This document shows, one piece after another, positions 28,443 through 38,229 of a stretch of DNA of 64,000 bases. This DNA comes from a virus, in IMG/VR virus record IMGVR_UViG_3300010397_000043, positions 23,529 to 87,528 of that record, one strand, 5' to 3'. Positions within the stretch are counted from its first letter, which is position 1, and each line of letters starts with the position of its first letter. A program made the position numbers and the translations under genes. The notes under the pieces are model-generated. The model did not search any database. It saw nothing but the letters and a program-made list of their open reading frames with translations, and had not been told where the DNA came from.

Positions 28443-28637
28443 GCACCCCGCCACCCGTCCAGTGCGCCGTATGCAAGAAGGACCCGGCGCGTCGCAACAA
28501 CACACTCGCTGAGTGTTCGCACGTCGAGTGCCCGCACCGCTCGTCCTCGTGGTTCGACGCGATCCCCGACGCACTGGAAGACGATGACGACTTCGACCCG
28601 CTTGACGGCATGTTCGATTCGCTAAAAGGAGAGAAGG

Positions 28638-29012
28638 ATGAGTGACCACTACTGCTGCAAGTCCTGCGGTCAGCGGTACGACAAGTGCCGGTGTGGCGGG
28701 AATGCCGAGAAGAAGCTGCCCGTGAACCCAATCCAGAAAGCGCACAAGCTGCCTGCCCGCAAATCGTCTTTGCGAGAAATGCTCGATGCAGCGAATCTGA
28801 AACCGTACAAGCCCGGCCGCGATGTCGTTGAATCCGCTGTGCCCACTGACGAAGAAATTCTAGAGCTGGCACGGCTGTTCGATATCAACGTACCCGCCGG
28901 TCGCCTGCTGACGTTCGCGCGCTGCCTACTCCCCGCACAGCCCCGGGCCGACATTGCCAGGGCGTACCGAACCATGAAGGCCGAAGGGCCTGGGTCTGGG
29001 GGCATACTATGA
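28638..29012 (+). CDS. Hypothetical protein with N-terminal Cys cluster
   Basis: AGGAG RBS; CCKSCG..YDKCRC. Confidence 0.65.
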   Translation: MSDHYCCKSCGQRYDKCRCGGNAEKKLPVNPIQKAHKLPARKSSLREMLDAANLKPYKPGRDVVESAVPTDEEILELARLFDINVPAGRLLTFARCLLPAQPRADIARAYRTMKAEGPGSGGIL

Positions 29013-29443
29013 GAGTCTACCGCAAAGTTCCGCTACCGCAGGCAGCTATGCGTGCAGCGCCTACGGGTAAAGAGAAGTGGCCTTTCCCGAAGACTGACTA
29101 CTTCACAGAAGAGCAGTTGCGCGCTTACGCCCGCGATTGTGTCGAAGCCATTGGACCCATCGACATGGTGCTGCACTGCCCGAAGTGCGGGAAGCAGCAC
29201 ATCGACGCGCCGGAATGGGTGGACGACCCGCACGATATCGAGCAAGGGCAGATGCGCGTATGGGACAACCCGCCGCACCGCTCGCACCTGTGCCACGGCT
29301 GCGGTCACGTGTGGCGACCGGCTGACGTACCGACCAATGGCGTCGCAGCGGTGAAGACCAGGGGCAAGGCCGACAGCCCAATCAGCGAGGCGGGTGGCCT
29401 ACAGGGCGCTTTTGTCAAGTGGCTAGCGGGGGGTTCCAAATGA
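29009..29443 (+). CDS. Zn-ribbon protein
   Basis: LHCPKCGKQHIDAP...NPPHRSHLCHGCGHVWRPADVPTNGV. Confidence 0.75.
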   Translation: MRVYRKVPLPQAAMRAAPTGKEKWPFPKTDYFTEEQLRAYARDCVEAIGPIDMVLHCPKCGKQHIDAPEWVDDPHDIEQGQMRVWDNPPHRSHLCHGCGHVWRPADVPTNGVAAVKTRGKADSPISEAGGLQGAFVKWLAGGSK

Positions 29444-29763
29444 GAGTCTACCTCAACGGCACCAACACCGTGACCGGCAACCGCGCCGGCATGGCGACAC
29501 TGGTGGACATCATCGTGTGCGGCGAGCCACTCGACATGGCGCGCGCCCTGAAATACTATGGCGACTTCGATGGTCCGAAGGTCGCACGAAAGCTTCAGCG
29601 GTACACGCGCCTTGTGTTCAAGCGTGACAGTGGGGGCTATGTGGTGGTGCCAGAGATTCCGCGAAACCGGGGCTATTGGGTAGTCGTTCACGAAGACGAC
29701 AACGCGCAGGAGTCGCAGTCATGCAATACCCTCACCCAGCCAGCGAAGAACCCAAGAGTATAG
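29440..29763 (+). CDS. Hypothetical protein
   Basis: ATGA overlap with the upstream gene. Confidence 0.55.
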   Translation: MRVYLNGTNTVTGNRAGMATLVDIIVCGEPLDMARALKYYGDFDGPKVARKLQRYTRLVFKRDSGGYVVVPEIPRNRGYWVVVHEDDNAQESQSCNTLTQPAKNPRV

Positions 29764-30112
29764 CGCAGCTCAACGCCATGCGCTTGGCTATGCTCCGACA
29801 GACGGGTTACACCATCTCGCCGCACTGCCTACTTCAACTGATCGTACTGATCGAAGCCGATCTACACGTGGCCTACATCACAGGCTTGGAGCACAACGAT
29901 GCAACGCGACCCGAAGACCCTGTACCTCCAGTCGTACCTGGTCCTGGACTATGAACTCGACCGCTGGGGCTACGCATATTTCAACGTGCTCGGGTCGGTG
30001 TACGCCGCCACCCCCGCACACGCCATTCGAGAGGCCAAGCAACATGGATTCCGCTGTCCGATTGTCCAAGAGCAGCGAACGTTTCAGCGCCAGCATCGGC
30101 CACCCCAACACG

Positions 30113-30475
30113 TGCAACCTGCCACGCAACCGTAAGAAGCGGGTTTGCATCAATGCGTCATCACTTGCCAAGCTGGTCTGGGCCCTCGCAACCGGCCAGC
30201 ACACGGCAAGCGAACTCGTCCACCACACGGGCCTGGGACTAACTACCGTGAAGCGATACGTCCACCGCATGCACGAAGAGCAAGCCGTGCGCATCGCCGA
30301 CTGGGAGACCGATGGCCGGGGTGCTTTCACGGTCCCGGTGTTCGCGATGGTCTACCCGAATGGCCCAACGGACGACAAGCGCAGGCCCAAGCCGCTGGCT
30401 GCAAACGAACGGTCAAGGCGTTACCGCGCCCGCAAGAAGGCAGCTAAGAACGCAACGCACCTGTACTGGGGGTAG
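30113..30475 (+). CDS. Putative winged-HTH DNA-binding protein (start uncertain)
   Basis: TASELVHHTGLGLTTVKRYVHRM, HTH-like; basic C-terminus. Confidence 0.6.
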   Translation, partial: CNLPRNRKKRVCINASSLAKLVWALATGQHTASELVHHTGLGLTTVKRYVHRMHEEQAVRIADWETDGRGAFTVPVFAMVYPNGPTDDKRRPKPLAANERSRRYRARKKAAKNATHLYWG

Positions 30476-30887
30476 CGCCATGATCCTGATCGACCCGGCC
30501 ACCGGCCAAAAGTTCAAGACCTGCGGCACGTGGCACAGCACGCGCGGCGGGCACGGCGACTGCTGGATCGATGTTGGCCGCGTCGAGGACCAAGCCACCG
30601 GCATGCAATACCCGCTGCACAGGCTGGGCAGCGCCGTTCAGTACCGCGCCATAGATATCGCGGGTCCGTACCACGCCTACTACATCAACCTGGAGAAAGT
30701 GTCATGATCACCTACGTCGTGTGTTTCGTCGCCGGCTACATCGCCCGCGCTGTGGCCCCTGAGCCTGCCGCTGCCTTGCAGTTTTTGAAACTCATGGGCA
30801 AGGAGTACCCGAGGGCCCGCGTACTGCTGGGTCCGCTGCGCGCCCTGTGGGCCGCATTCCAATACGCACGTACTGGAGGCAAGTGAA

Positions 30888-31172
30888 ATGGGTGATCGGA
30901 GTAAGGACCTGCGCAACGCCAAGTACGGCGTTACCATCGCCAATGACGACGGCGGCGTCAAGCGCAAGATGACGCTGGTGCGATTTGCCGAAGATGGCGG
31001 TTACGGCGTCATTTTGGAAACTGACTGGTGCGACGGCACGCCGCCTGTACGGACCAAGTTCCTGCTCGGGCAAGTCGGCTTCACAATGCTGACTGAGCTG
31101 ATGAGCTTGGCGCACGACCTGCACAGGTACAAGATTACGGACGAGGCCGACGGGCCGAACGACCTGGAATAA
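30888..31172 (+). CDS. Hypothetical protein
   Basis: GGAGG RBS. Confidence 0.7.
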   Translation: MGDRSKDLRNAKYGVTIANDDGGVKRKMTLVRFAEDGGYGVILETDWCDGTPPVRTKFLLGQVGFTMLTELMSLAHDLHRYKITDEADGPNDLE

Positions 31173-31269
31173 CCCGATGTGAACAGGTTTATGGGGCGGC
31201 TGAGGGCGTGACCCTCTGCGGACCTGCTGGGCAGCAACAGGCTAATAGCTGCACCGCCCCACCAGATAG

Positions 31270-31896
31270 ATGGAGAGGCACGCCATGATCACGATCCCAC
31301 TCAACCACGGCAAGCTGGCGCTTATCGACGACGAGGACTACGATTTGGTGTGTCACTACAAATGGCTAACGCGACCGCTGCTTTACAAGGGCGTTCATGA
31401 GTACTGGTACGCCGAGGCGAAAGACCCCCTCAATAGGAAACGAACCGTCTCACTCCACCGTGTGGTCATCGGTGCCCAGCCCCACCAAGCCGTTAGCTTC
31501 TTCGACGGCAACACACTCAACTGCCAAAAAGCCAATCTGACCCTGGGCACGTCCCACAAGCACCTTCGCCGGACGCGGGACCTAGACTGCATACAGCTAC
31601 GCCACCAAGTACGAGGCGACGTCTACTGGACACGGGTCATGTTTCGTGGCAAGTTCTACACGAAAACATTCAAGACCGCCGAAGATGCAAAGCAATGGCG
31701 TGACGCGACGAGGGCCCGCCTGTGGGGGCATGAAAAAGGGGCGACTGAAGCCGCCCCTACATTGGTTGAAGTGCCTACCGGCTTAGAAGCCGAGCATGGC
31801 CGCGATGACGTGGGCGAACCCGAACACTGGGGGACCACGATAGCCGGTGCCGCCGCTGTCCACCCCGCCAGCGAGGGCGACGATGCACGCGACTGA
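31270..31896 (+). CDS. Degenerate HNH-AP2-type homing endonuclease-like protein
   Basis: ALIDDEDYDLV, LHRVVI, VSFFDGNTLNCQKANL (canonical VDH is replaced), AP2-like C-terminus. Confidence 0.65.
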   Translation: MERHAMITIPLNHGKLALIDDEDYDLVCHYKWLTRPLLYKGVHEYWYAEAKDPLNRKRTVSLHRVVIGAQPHQAVSFFDGNTLNCQKANLTLGTSHKHLRRTRDLDCIQLRHQVRGDVYWTRVMFRGKFYTKTFKTAEDAKQWRDATRARLWGHEKGATEAAPTLVEVPTGLEAEHGRDDVGEPEHWGTTIAGAAAVHPASEGDDARD

Positions 31897-32066
31897 CAAC
31901 GCAGCGGCAACAACAGTTCTCTTCATGCTGCATACTCCAGAATAAACCCGAATCGGGCCGGGCCAGTATGCGAGAGTATTCCACACTCGGCAACCGATCC
32001 GCCTGGGTTTTGTGCTATGCAGCAAGCCCGCCCCCTATGTAGCAGCACGCCAGCCCTGAGCGGACC

Positions 32067-32081
32067 ATTACCACTGGTAAT
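32067..32081. repeat. ATTACC-N3-GGTAAT palindrome, copy 7
   Basis: Followed by TGTAACAGTGGGTTTACCCTG, resembling the copy 1 flank; upstream of the ParB-like gene. Confidence 0.9.
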
Positions 32082-32211
32082 TGTAACAGTGGGTTTACCC
32101 TGCCCAATTCACGTTACAAAGGGTGTATACTGGCGGGGCCCAACGGGTTTGGATTGGGTAGTACGGGCCGACCCTTGGGTGGACGAACCACACACTTTAG
32201 GAGCACTCAAC

Positions 32212-33402
32212 ATGTCAACGAAGCAAACAACCAAGAAGGCTGCCAAGGCCCAAGAGACATCAGGCAGGTTGGAGCGACACCCCCTTTCGGAGCGCTTCGC
32301 CCTGCCGACGACCGACGAAGAACGATTGGCGCTCGCGACCGACATGGCGACGAACGGCCAGCATCAGGAAATTCTGCTGTACGAGGGCAAGGTCCTCGAC
32401 GGGTGGGAACGCTACATGGGGTGCATGCAAAAGGGCATCACCCCCAAGTTCAAGGAATACACCGGCATTGACCCCGCTGCCACGGCATTCGGGGTCAATG
32501 TCATTCGACGGAAGCTTTCGACCGTCCAGAAGGCGTACTTCGGCGCCGTCTACTACAAGTACGTGCTGGAAACGCAGGGCCCGAAGGTGACGCAGGCCCA
32601 GATCGCCAAGATGGTGTGCGTGGGTCTCACGAAGCTGAACCTCATGTCGCAACTGCTGCAGTCGCGGCACCCGGCTGCAGCCGGCCATATCGAGACGCTG
32701 GGCACCGACAGCGAGGTCACGAATGCGCAGTGGCTGGCGATGTTGGTCGAGTGCGGCATTCAGGAGGAAAAGCCCAAGGGCAAGCCCAGCAACTTGCAGA
32801 TCGGCGGTGTGGACGACATGCTCATCGACGACGCCGATGCCGAAGCCGACGAGCACGACCACGATGCCGCTGTGGACGACCTGACCGGCGGCACCATCGA
32901 CGACCTGCTCGACGAAGACGACGACATGCCCCTGCCCAAGCGTGCGGGCGGCGGGGGTGGTGAAGCTGGCGGCAGCGACAACGTGGTGGAAATTTCGTCG
33001 CGTGGCGGTCGCATCGGCCACAACCACCGCAGCACCGAGACCCCGGCCAGTGCCTGTGCCAAGAACTTCAAGGGGCTGGCCGAACCCGAACGCCTCGACT
33101 TCGTGAAGTTCGCGTGGGCCACCCTGCGCCCCGCCATCGAGCGCGCTATGCACGAAGGCCGCATCGACTGGCCCAACCTGGGCGAACTCGTGACCGAGGC
33201 CACCAGTGACCCCGGCAAGGCCGCGCTCGCCGATGCTGCCTTGGCGCTCGCCGGCAAGCCTGCCAAGGGCCCCGCCAAGCCCACCGCTGCCCCCGCCAAG
33301 CCCGCGAAGGCCCCCGCCAAGGGCAAGCCCCCTGCCAAGCCCGCCAAGGCCCCCACCACGAAGGCCCCCGCCAAGCCCGCCAGGGCCCGCAAAGCCGCCT
33401 AG
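32212..33402 (+). CDS. ParB-like N-terminal domain protein with HTH, acidic linker and PAK-repeat tail
   Basis: HPLSERF...LATDMATNGQHQEILLYEGKVLDGWERY, NVIRRKLS, TQAQIAKMVCVG; AGGAG RBS. Confidence 0.75.
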   Translation: MSTKQTTKKAAKAQETSGRLERHPLSERFALPTTDEERLALATDMATNGQHQEILLYEGKVLDGWERYMGCMQKGITPKFKEYTGIDPAATAFGVNVIRRKLSTVQKAYFGAVYYKYVLETQGPKVTQAQIAKMVCVGLTKLNLMSQLLQSRHPAAAGHIETLGTDSEVTNAQWLAMLVECGIQEEKPKGKPSNLQIGGVDDMLIDDADAEADEHDHDAAVDDLTGGTIDDLLDEDDDMPLPKRAGGGGGEAGGSDNVVEISSRGGRIGHNHRSTETPASACAKNFKGLAEPERLDFVKFAWATLRPAIERAMHEGRIDWPNLGELVTEATSDPGKAALADAALALAGKPAKGPAKPTAAPAKPAKAPAKGKPPAKPAKAPTTKAPAKPARARKAA

Positions 33403-33441
33403 TGCGTACCAGGGCCCACCCGGGCCCGTTTGCGCGCCTGT

Positions 33442-33474
33442 AGGCCCCGCCTAGCCCCTTGGCGGGGCCTTTTT
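33442..33474 (+). terminator. Rho-independent terminator
   Basis: AGGCCCCGCC-N9-GGCGGGGCCT-TTTT. Confidence 0.85.
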
Positions 33475-33597
33475 GCTGGCCCCTGTACCGCCTACCCCCT
33501 GTTACACCCATCCGCGAGCCCGAAAATGCCCCCACCAAAGCCGCCGCGTATGTCTGCCAACCCGCCCCGCCAACCGCCCCATAACCAGGGCAACGTC

Positions 33598-34083
33598 ATG
33601 TACCGCGACACGTTCGCGCATCGTGAGTATCGCTCGTCCATCGACTTGGTGAACGAAGTGCTGCGAGCGAACTCCATGGCGGTGCATGTGCTGCAGTTCC
33701 CCATGCCGCCGAGGTTCATGGTTCCGTACCTGCGCGACCAGTACCTTCAGCGCGACTTGGCAGGCGCGACCAGATTCAAGCGGGTTACGCTCATTAGCGA
33801 ACTCGACACCGAACGCATCCACCCCGACACGCTCATCCACAAGCACTTCCATGCGAGGCTGCACTTCTCGTGTACGATTCCGCAGAACGTAACGTACCTG
33901 TACGGCGTTTCGCGCCTGCTGCCCCCCGACTCGACCGCATCGCCTTGCTGGGACGTATCCGTCTACGAGAGCTATCGCGAAGGCGTGTGGGCCAAGGGGA
34001 CTTACTACTTGCTGCGCATCGAGTCCGACCACGTGTTCGCCCAGGACGTGGACCTGCTTTACTTGTTCAAGGCCCTGCCCTAA
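33598..34083 (+). CDS. Hypothetical protein
   Basis: ORF between two terminators; start at MYRDTF is tentative. Confidence 0.6.
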   Translation: MYRDTFAHREYRSSIDLVNEVLRANSMAVHVLQFPMPPRFMVPYLRDQYLQRDLAGATRFKRVTLISELDTERIHPDTLIHKHFHARLHFSCTIPQNVTYLYGVSRLLPPDSTASPCWDVSVYESYREGVWAKGTYYLLRIESDHVFAQDVDLLYLFKALP

Positions 34084-34160
34084 GTTAAAGTAGGCTTCCC
34101 TACCCCGAAACGGTTGCCGGGTCCGATACCCGGCATTTTTTATCCCCGGAGAGTAAGAAT

Positions 34161-34925
34161 ATGAAGGCATCGACACTCGCCAAACTCGACGCTGTGGTTG
34201 AGGCGCTCGAAGAACTGACGGAGGCCCTCAAGAATGAGGGCAACAAAAGCGGAGGTGACCCTGATGATGAGGGTGCTGGCGAAGTACCCCGATCCTCAGG
34301 CAAGGCTGGCGTGGCCCGGAAAGCTCTACCTGCTAAGGGGAAAAAACCGGCTGCAGCCGACCCCGACGACGAAGACGACGACCCGCCCGCCAAGCCGGCG
34401 AAAAAGGCCAGGGCTGTAGACCCCGACGACGAGGACGATGACCCCCCGGCCAAGCCCAAGGCAAAGGCGAAGGCCAAGCCCGCCGACGAGGATGAGGACG
34501 AAGACGACGACCCGCCCGCCAAGCCGGCGAAAAAGGCACGGGCTGTGGACGCCGACGACGATGATGACGACGTGCCCCCGCCCAAGAAGTCGGCCGCGAA
34601 GCCCGCCGCCAAGGCGAAGGCCAAGCCCGCCGCCGACGAGGATGAGGACGAAGACGAGCCCAAGCCGAAGAAGGGCAAGAAGGACACCGACCCCCGCGAC
34701 GAAATCCGCGAGATGATGGTGGCCTACATCGACCCGAAGCGCAAGACGTTCAATGCCGATCTCAAGAAGGCCATCCAGTCGGCGCTCAAGAAGGCCGGCG
34801 TTGCCGCCGTCGCCGAGCTTGAGGACGAGGACGTGCCCGCGTTCAAGAAGAAGGTCGCGCGGCTGATCGAGCAGTACGTCGATGCCGACGAGACCGAGTC
34901 CGAGGACCCTGACGAAGACGAGTGA
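34161..34925 (+). CDS. Low-complexity Lys/Ala/Asp-rich repeat protein
   Basis: Alternating DPDDEDDD and PPAKPAKKARA blocks; helical C-terminal domain; precedes DUF2800. Confidence 0.8.
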   Translation: MKASTLAKLDAVVEALEELTEALKNEGNKSGGDPDDEGAGEVPRSSGKAGVARKALPAKGKKPAAADPDDEDDDPPAKPAKKARAVDPDDEDDDPPAKPKAKAKAKPADEDEDEDDDPPAKPAKKARAVDADDDDDDVPPPKKSAAKPAAKAKAKPAADEDEDEDEPKPKKGKKDTDPRDEIREMMVAYIDPKRKTFNADLKKAIQSALKKAGVAAVAELEDEDVPAFKKKVARLIEQYVDADETESEDPDEDE

Positions 34926-34962
34926 TAATCGCCCTGCCATCAACCTAACTAGGAGTTACGAA

Positions 34963-35247
34963 ATGTCTTTCTCTTTTCAAGTTCGCGTAAAGACCAAGGA
35001 CGAGGCCAAGGCCTCTTGCGCGTCGCAAATGGCGACCATCGTCGCCGGCCAGCCGCCCCATGCCATCGATGAGCAACTCGTCGTCACCCTGTGCGGCGCG
35101 TACATCGATCTGCTTGCCGACAACCCCGACAAGGAGATTCAGATGTACGTCTCCGGCTCGCTGGGCGGAACGTGGCTCGACGGCAACCTGACCGACGTGA
35201 GCACTGCGACCGTGAACGTGCAGGCCTCGCTGCAAGACCCGATCTAA
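34963..35247 (+). CDS. Hypothetical protein
   Basis: AGGAG RBS before MSFSFQV. Confidence 0.75.
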   Translation: MSFSFQVRVKTKDEAKASCASQMATIVAGQPPHAIDEQLVVTLCGAYIDLLADNPDKEIQMYVSGSLGGTWLDGNLTDVSTATVNVQASLQDPI

Positions 35248-35358
35248 AACGTTCAATGGGTGTGACCGGGCACGCGCTCGGGCCTTATTGGGGGCTGCGT
35301 AACCACACTGCCCCCTGCCCGCCAACTTGGAACCCGGCCAAGCGCCGGGTTTTCTAAT

Positions 35359-36579
35359 ATGGCCGAAGAAAAAACTCACGCCGTACTTTCCCCAAGCGGG
35401 AGCGCCCGCTGGTTGCAGTGCCCCGGCAGCGTCGCGGCTGAGGCTGCGGCCAAGTCCCAGGGCGAGGACGATAGCAACCCCGCCAGCCGGCTAGGCACCG
35501 TGGCGCATGCCCTGCTCGAAGAGGCGTTGATCTGGGGCTACCCGCCGGAACTGTTTATCGGGTGCTACCTGCTGCCCGAGCCCCACCCGCCAGTGGACGA
35601 AGCCATGTGCAACGCGGTGCAGGTTGCCATCGACTATGTTGAGGAATACCGCGAGACCTACGGGCGCAACAACATCAAGATTCGCATCGAGTACAAGCTG
35701 GAGAAGATTGGCTCGACGTTTCTCGACCCGGACGACGCCGATGCCTGCTCGGGCACGACCGACATACTGCTCATGCACAACGACATGTCCATGTGCAACG
35801 TGGCGGACTACAAACACGGCTCGGGCGTGATGGTCGAGGCGCGCGAGAACCCACAGCTCATGCTGTACGCGGCAGGCGCGTTTGCTGAATTCGGCAAGTT
35901 CAAGAAGTACCGGGGCACGGTCATCCAGCCGCGCGTCGCCAAGCGTCGGCCCATTGACGAGTGGGAGTTCACGCACGCCACGCTGCTCAAGTTCATCAAC
36001 AACACGGTGCGCCCCGCCGCCGTCGCTGCCCTGCTGCCCAACGCCCCGCGCAATGCGGGGGAGCATTGCCGCTGGTGCCGTGCCGCGCCTTCGTGCAAGA
36101 CCTACCGGGCCAAGGCACGGGCCATCGCTGGCAGTGAGTTCGACCCCATCGAAACGGATGCCGACCTGCTGGACCCCGACTCGTTCGGCCCCGAGGACTA
36201 CGCCCGCTTGCTACTGGAACTGCCCATACTCAAAGCCTGGATCAAGACCGTCGAGGCCCGCGCCCTGCGCATGGCACAAGCCGGCACGAAGATCGAAGGC
36301 TTCAAGCTGGGGTGGGGCAAGCGCACCCGCCAATGGGACAGCGAAGCCGCCGTGGTCGCGTGGTGCAAGCGCAAGAAGCTAAACCCCGAGGACTACAGCC
36401 CGCGTGGCCTGCTGTCGCCATCCGAGCTGACCAAGTTGATCAAGAAAAAGAAGATCGTCGAAACCAAGCGGGGCGAGGAATTTGTAAACCCCCTGGACGC
36501 CTTTATCAAATACAGCATCCCCGCCCCCAAGGTTGTGCCGGTGGGCGGCAGCGAGTTTGACGAGATAGACGACGAATAA
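35359..36579 (+). CDS. DUF2800 family Cas4-like PD-(D/E)xK exonuclease
   Basis: HAVLSPSGSARWLQCPGS, GTVAHALLE, GTTD, DYKHGSG, NPQLMLYA, GEHCRWCRA...C. Confidence 0.9.
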   Translation: MAEEKTHAVLSPSGSARWLQCPGSVAAEAAAKSQGEDDSNPASRLGTVAHALLEEALIWGYPPELFIGCYLLPEPHPPVDEAMCNAVQVAIDYVEEYRETYGRNNIKIRIEYKLEKIGSTFLDPDDADACSGTTDILLMHNDMSMCNVADYKHGSGVMVEARENPQLMLYAAGAFAEFGKFKKYRGTVIQPRVAKRRPIDEWEFTHATLLKFINNTVRPAAVAALLPNAPRNAGEHCRWCRAAPSCKTYRAKARAIAGSEFDPIETDADLLDPDSFGPEDYARLLLELPILKAWIKTVEARALRMAQAGTKIEGFKLGWGKRTRQWDSEAAVVAWCKRKKLNPEDYSPRGLLSPSELTKLIKKKKIVETKRGEEFVNPLDAFIKYSIPAPKVVPVGGSEFDEIDDE

Positions 36580-36659
36580 CGGGCATGCCTCCTTGCGGAT
36601 TCCGCGAGTGCGTGCTAAATTTTCCACGCCTACCCCCAGCCACCAAATAGGAGCCATAA

Positions 36660-37253
36660 ATGGCAACCAAAAAGGAACGAGTTTCCCTGCAGACCCCGGT
36701 CGGCATTGCGACCTTTGTTCACGTGTTTGAACCACACGCCCACGACAACGACGACGGCGAGAAGAAGCAACCGATGTACTCGGTGATGCTGGTGTTCACG
36801 CCCGAGCAGAAGGACGACCTCAAGGAGCTTCGCCAGCAGTGCATCCGCGCCGCGAAGGCCTTCTTCGGCGAGCGGTACGAGAAGCTGAAGGAAAAGGGCA
36901 AGATGCGCTTCCCCTGGCGCGATGCCGGCGAGTACGAGGAGTATGGCGAGCCCTTCGTCGAGGGCAACACAATGATCAACTTCAAGTCGAAGGACGAGCC
37001 GGGCGTGGTTGATGCGCGCGCCAAGCCGGTCATGGATCGCAAGGTGATCTTCCCGGGTATGGCCGCACGTGTGTCCTACGGAGTGTGGCCTTACGAGACG
37101 AAGGGCAACACCGGCGTGACCTTGTTCCTCAACAACTTGCAGAAGGCAGGAGATGGTATGGGCCGACTCGCGGGCCGTGCCGCTGCTGAAGACGAATTCG
37201 ACGCTATCGAAGGTGCGGACGGTAGCGACGATGGAGATGACGACGAGATCTAA
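36660..37253 (+). CDS. DUF2815 family ssDNA-binding protein
   Basis: FVHVFEP, YSVMLVF, PWRDA, NTGVTLFLNNLQKAGDG, acidic tail. Confidence 0.9.
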   Translation: MATKKERVSLQTPVGIATFVHVFEPHAHDNDDGEKKQPMYSVMLVFTPEQKDDLKELRQQCIRAAKAFFGERYEKLKEKGKMRFPWRDAGEYEEYGEPFVEGNTMINFKSKDEPGVVDARAKPVMDRKVIFPGMAARVSYGVWPYETKGNTGVTLFLNNLQKAGDGMGRLAGRAAAEDEFDAIEGADGSDDGDDDEI

Positions 37254-37304
37254 AGTCGCTCAGTGCCGCCCACAACTCAACTTATCCCTTACCTGGAGAA
37301 CATC

Positions 37305-37763
37305 ATGGCAAAGAAGAATGCCCCTGCCGCCGAAAACAACGTGGACGATCTGCTCGCCGGTGGCGATGCCGAAGCGGCCCCCGCCGCGAAGCCCAAGGCC
37401 AAGAAGGCTGTGAAGGTCGAAGGCACCGACGAGGTCAAGCCCAAGGCGAAGGCCAAGCCCGAAGCCGCCGCCAAGCCGGCGAAGAAGGCCAGCAAGCCCA
37501 AGGCCGAGCCGGAAGCGAAGCCCGCCGCCAAGCCCAAGGCAAAGGCCAAGGGTGGCAAGCCCCGTGGCGAGCGTGCCGAGTCGCGCGTCGAGGACATCAC
37601 GGCGGCGCTGCTGAAGGTCAAGAAGTCCACGAGCTATGAGGACCTCGCGGCCAAGGGTGGTTTCGACATCCGCGCTGTGCGTCGCACCGCCCGCAAGCTG
37701 CGTGACGACGGGCAGATCGGCCTCGAGAAGGAAGGCACCAAGGTCTACGTGACCGCTGCCTGA
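37305..37763 (+). CDS. Histone H1-like Lys/Ala/Pro protein with C-terminal winged HTH
   Basis: AKPKAK repeats; SYEDLAAKGGFDIRAVRRTARKLRDDG. Confidence 0.7.
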   Translation: MAKKNAPAAENNVDDLLAGGDAEAAPAAKPKAKKAVKVEGTDEVKPKAKAKPEAAAKPAKKASKPKAEPEAKPAAKPKAKAKGGKPRGERAESRVEDITAALLKVKKSTSYEDLAAKGGFDIRAVRRTARKLRDDGQIGLEKEGTKVYVTAA

Positions 37764-37785
37764 CCGCAACACCAAGGCAAGTATC

Positions 37786-38124
37786 GTGGAACTCAAACTT
37801 GGCTTGGTTCTTTCCAAGAGGGACAAGAGGAAACTCGAAGCCCTCGTTCACAGCTTCAATGAAAGGTTCGATTCGATGTCCACTCAACTCGAAGCACTCG
37901 TCGCCCAGGTCCAAGCCACCAACGGCGTCATGGAATCGGCGGTCACGCTCATCAATGGCCTGCAGGCCCAACTGGCACAGGTGCAGGCCGATCTGGCTGC
38001 ACAGGGCGTGACCAACGCCCAACTGGACGCGCTGACCACTCAGCTCAACCAGGGCGACGACGCGCTGCAGGCCCTGCTCGCGGCGAACAGCCCGGCCCCC
38101 GCGCCGCCGCCGGCCCAGCCGTGA
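37786..38124 (+). CDS. Coiled-coil hypothetical protein
   Basis: Gln/Ala heptads; start may be at MSTQLE. Confidence 0.65.
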   Translation: MELKLGLVLSKRDKRKLEALVHSFNERFDSMSTQLEALVAQVQATNGVMESAVTLINGLQAQLAQVQADLAAQGVTNAQLDALTTQLNQGDDALQALLAANSPAPAPPPAQP

Positions 38125-38133
38125 AAGACCAAC

Positions 38134-38210
38134 GGCCACATAGCTCAATCTGGTAGAGCGTCGGTCTCCAAAACCGAAGGTTGGGGGTTCAAGTCCCTCT
38201 GTGGTCGCCA
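38134..38210 (+). tRNA. tRNA-Trp (anticodon CCA)
   Basis: Full cloverleaf: GGCCACA/TGTGGTC acceptor, TCGGT-CTCCAAA-ACCGA anticodon arm, GTTCAAGTCC T arm, G73, encoded CCA. Confidence 0.95.
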
Positions 38211-38229
38211 AGTTAGGAGGGTTCTTTGT

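Noticed and set aside
31270-31896. Active HNH homing endonuclease
   Set aside because: The catalytic DH of the HNH motif is replaced (VSFFDGN), so it is probably inactive or DNA-binding only.
35359-36579. CRISPR-associated Cas4
   Set aside because: It sits in the standard DUF2800-DUF2815-PolA-VRR-NUC-SNF2 phage replication module.
38134-38210. tRNA as a prophage attachment site
   Set aside because: No integrase, no duplicated tRNA 3' end and no host genes; phage genes continue on both sides.
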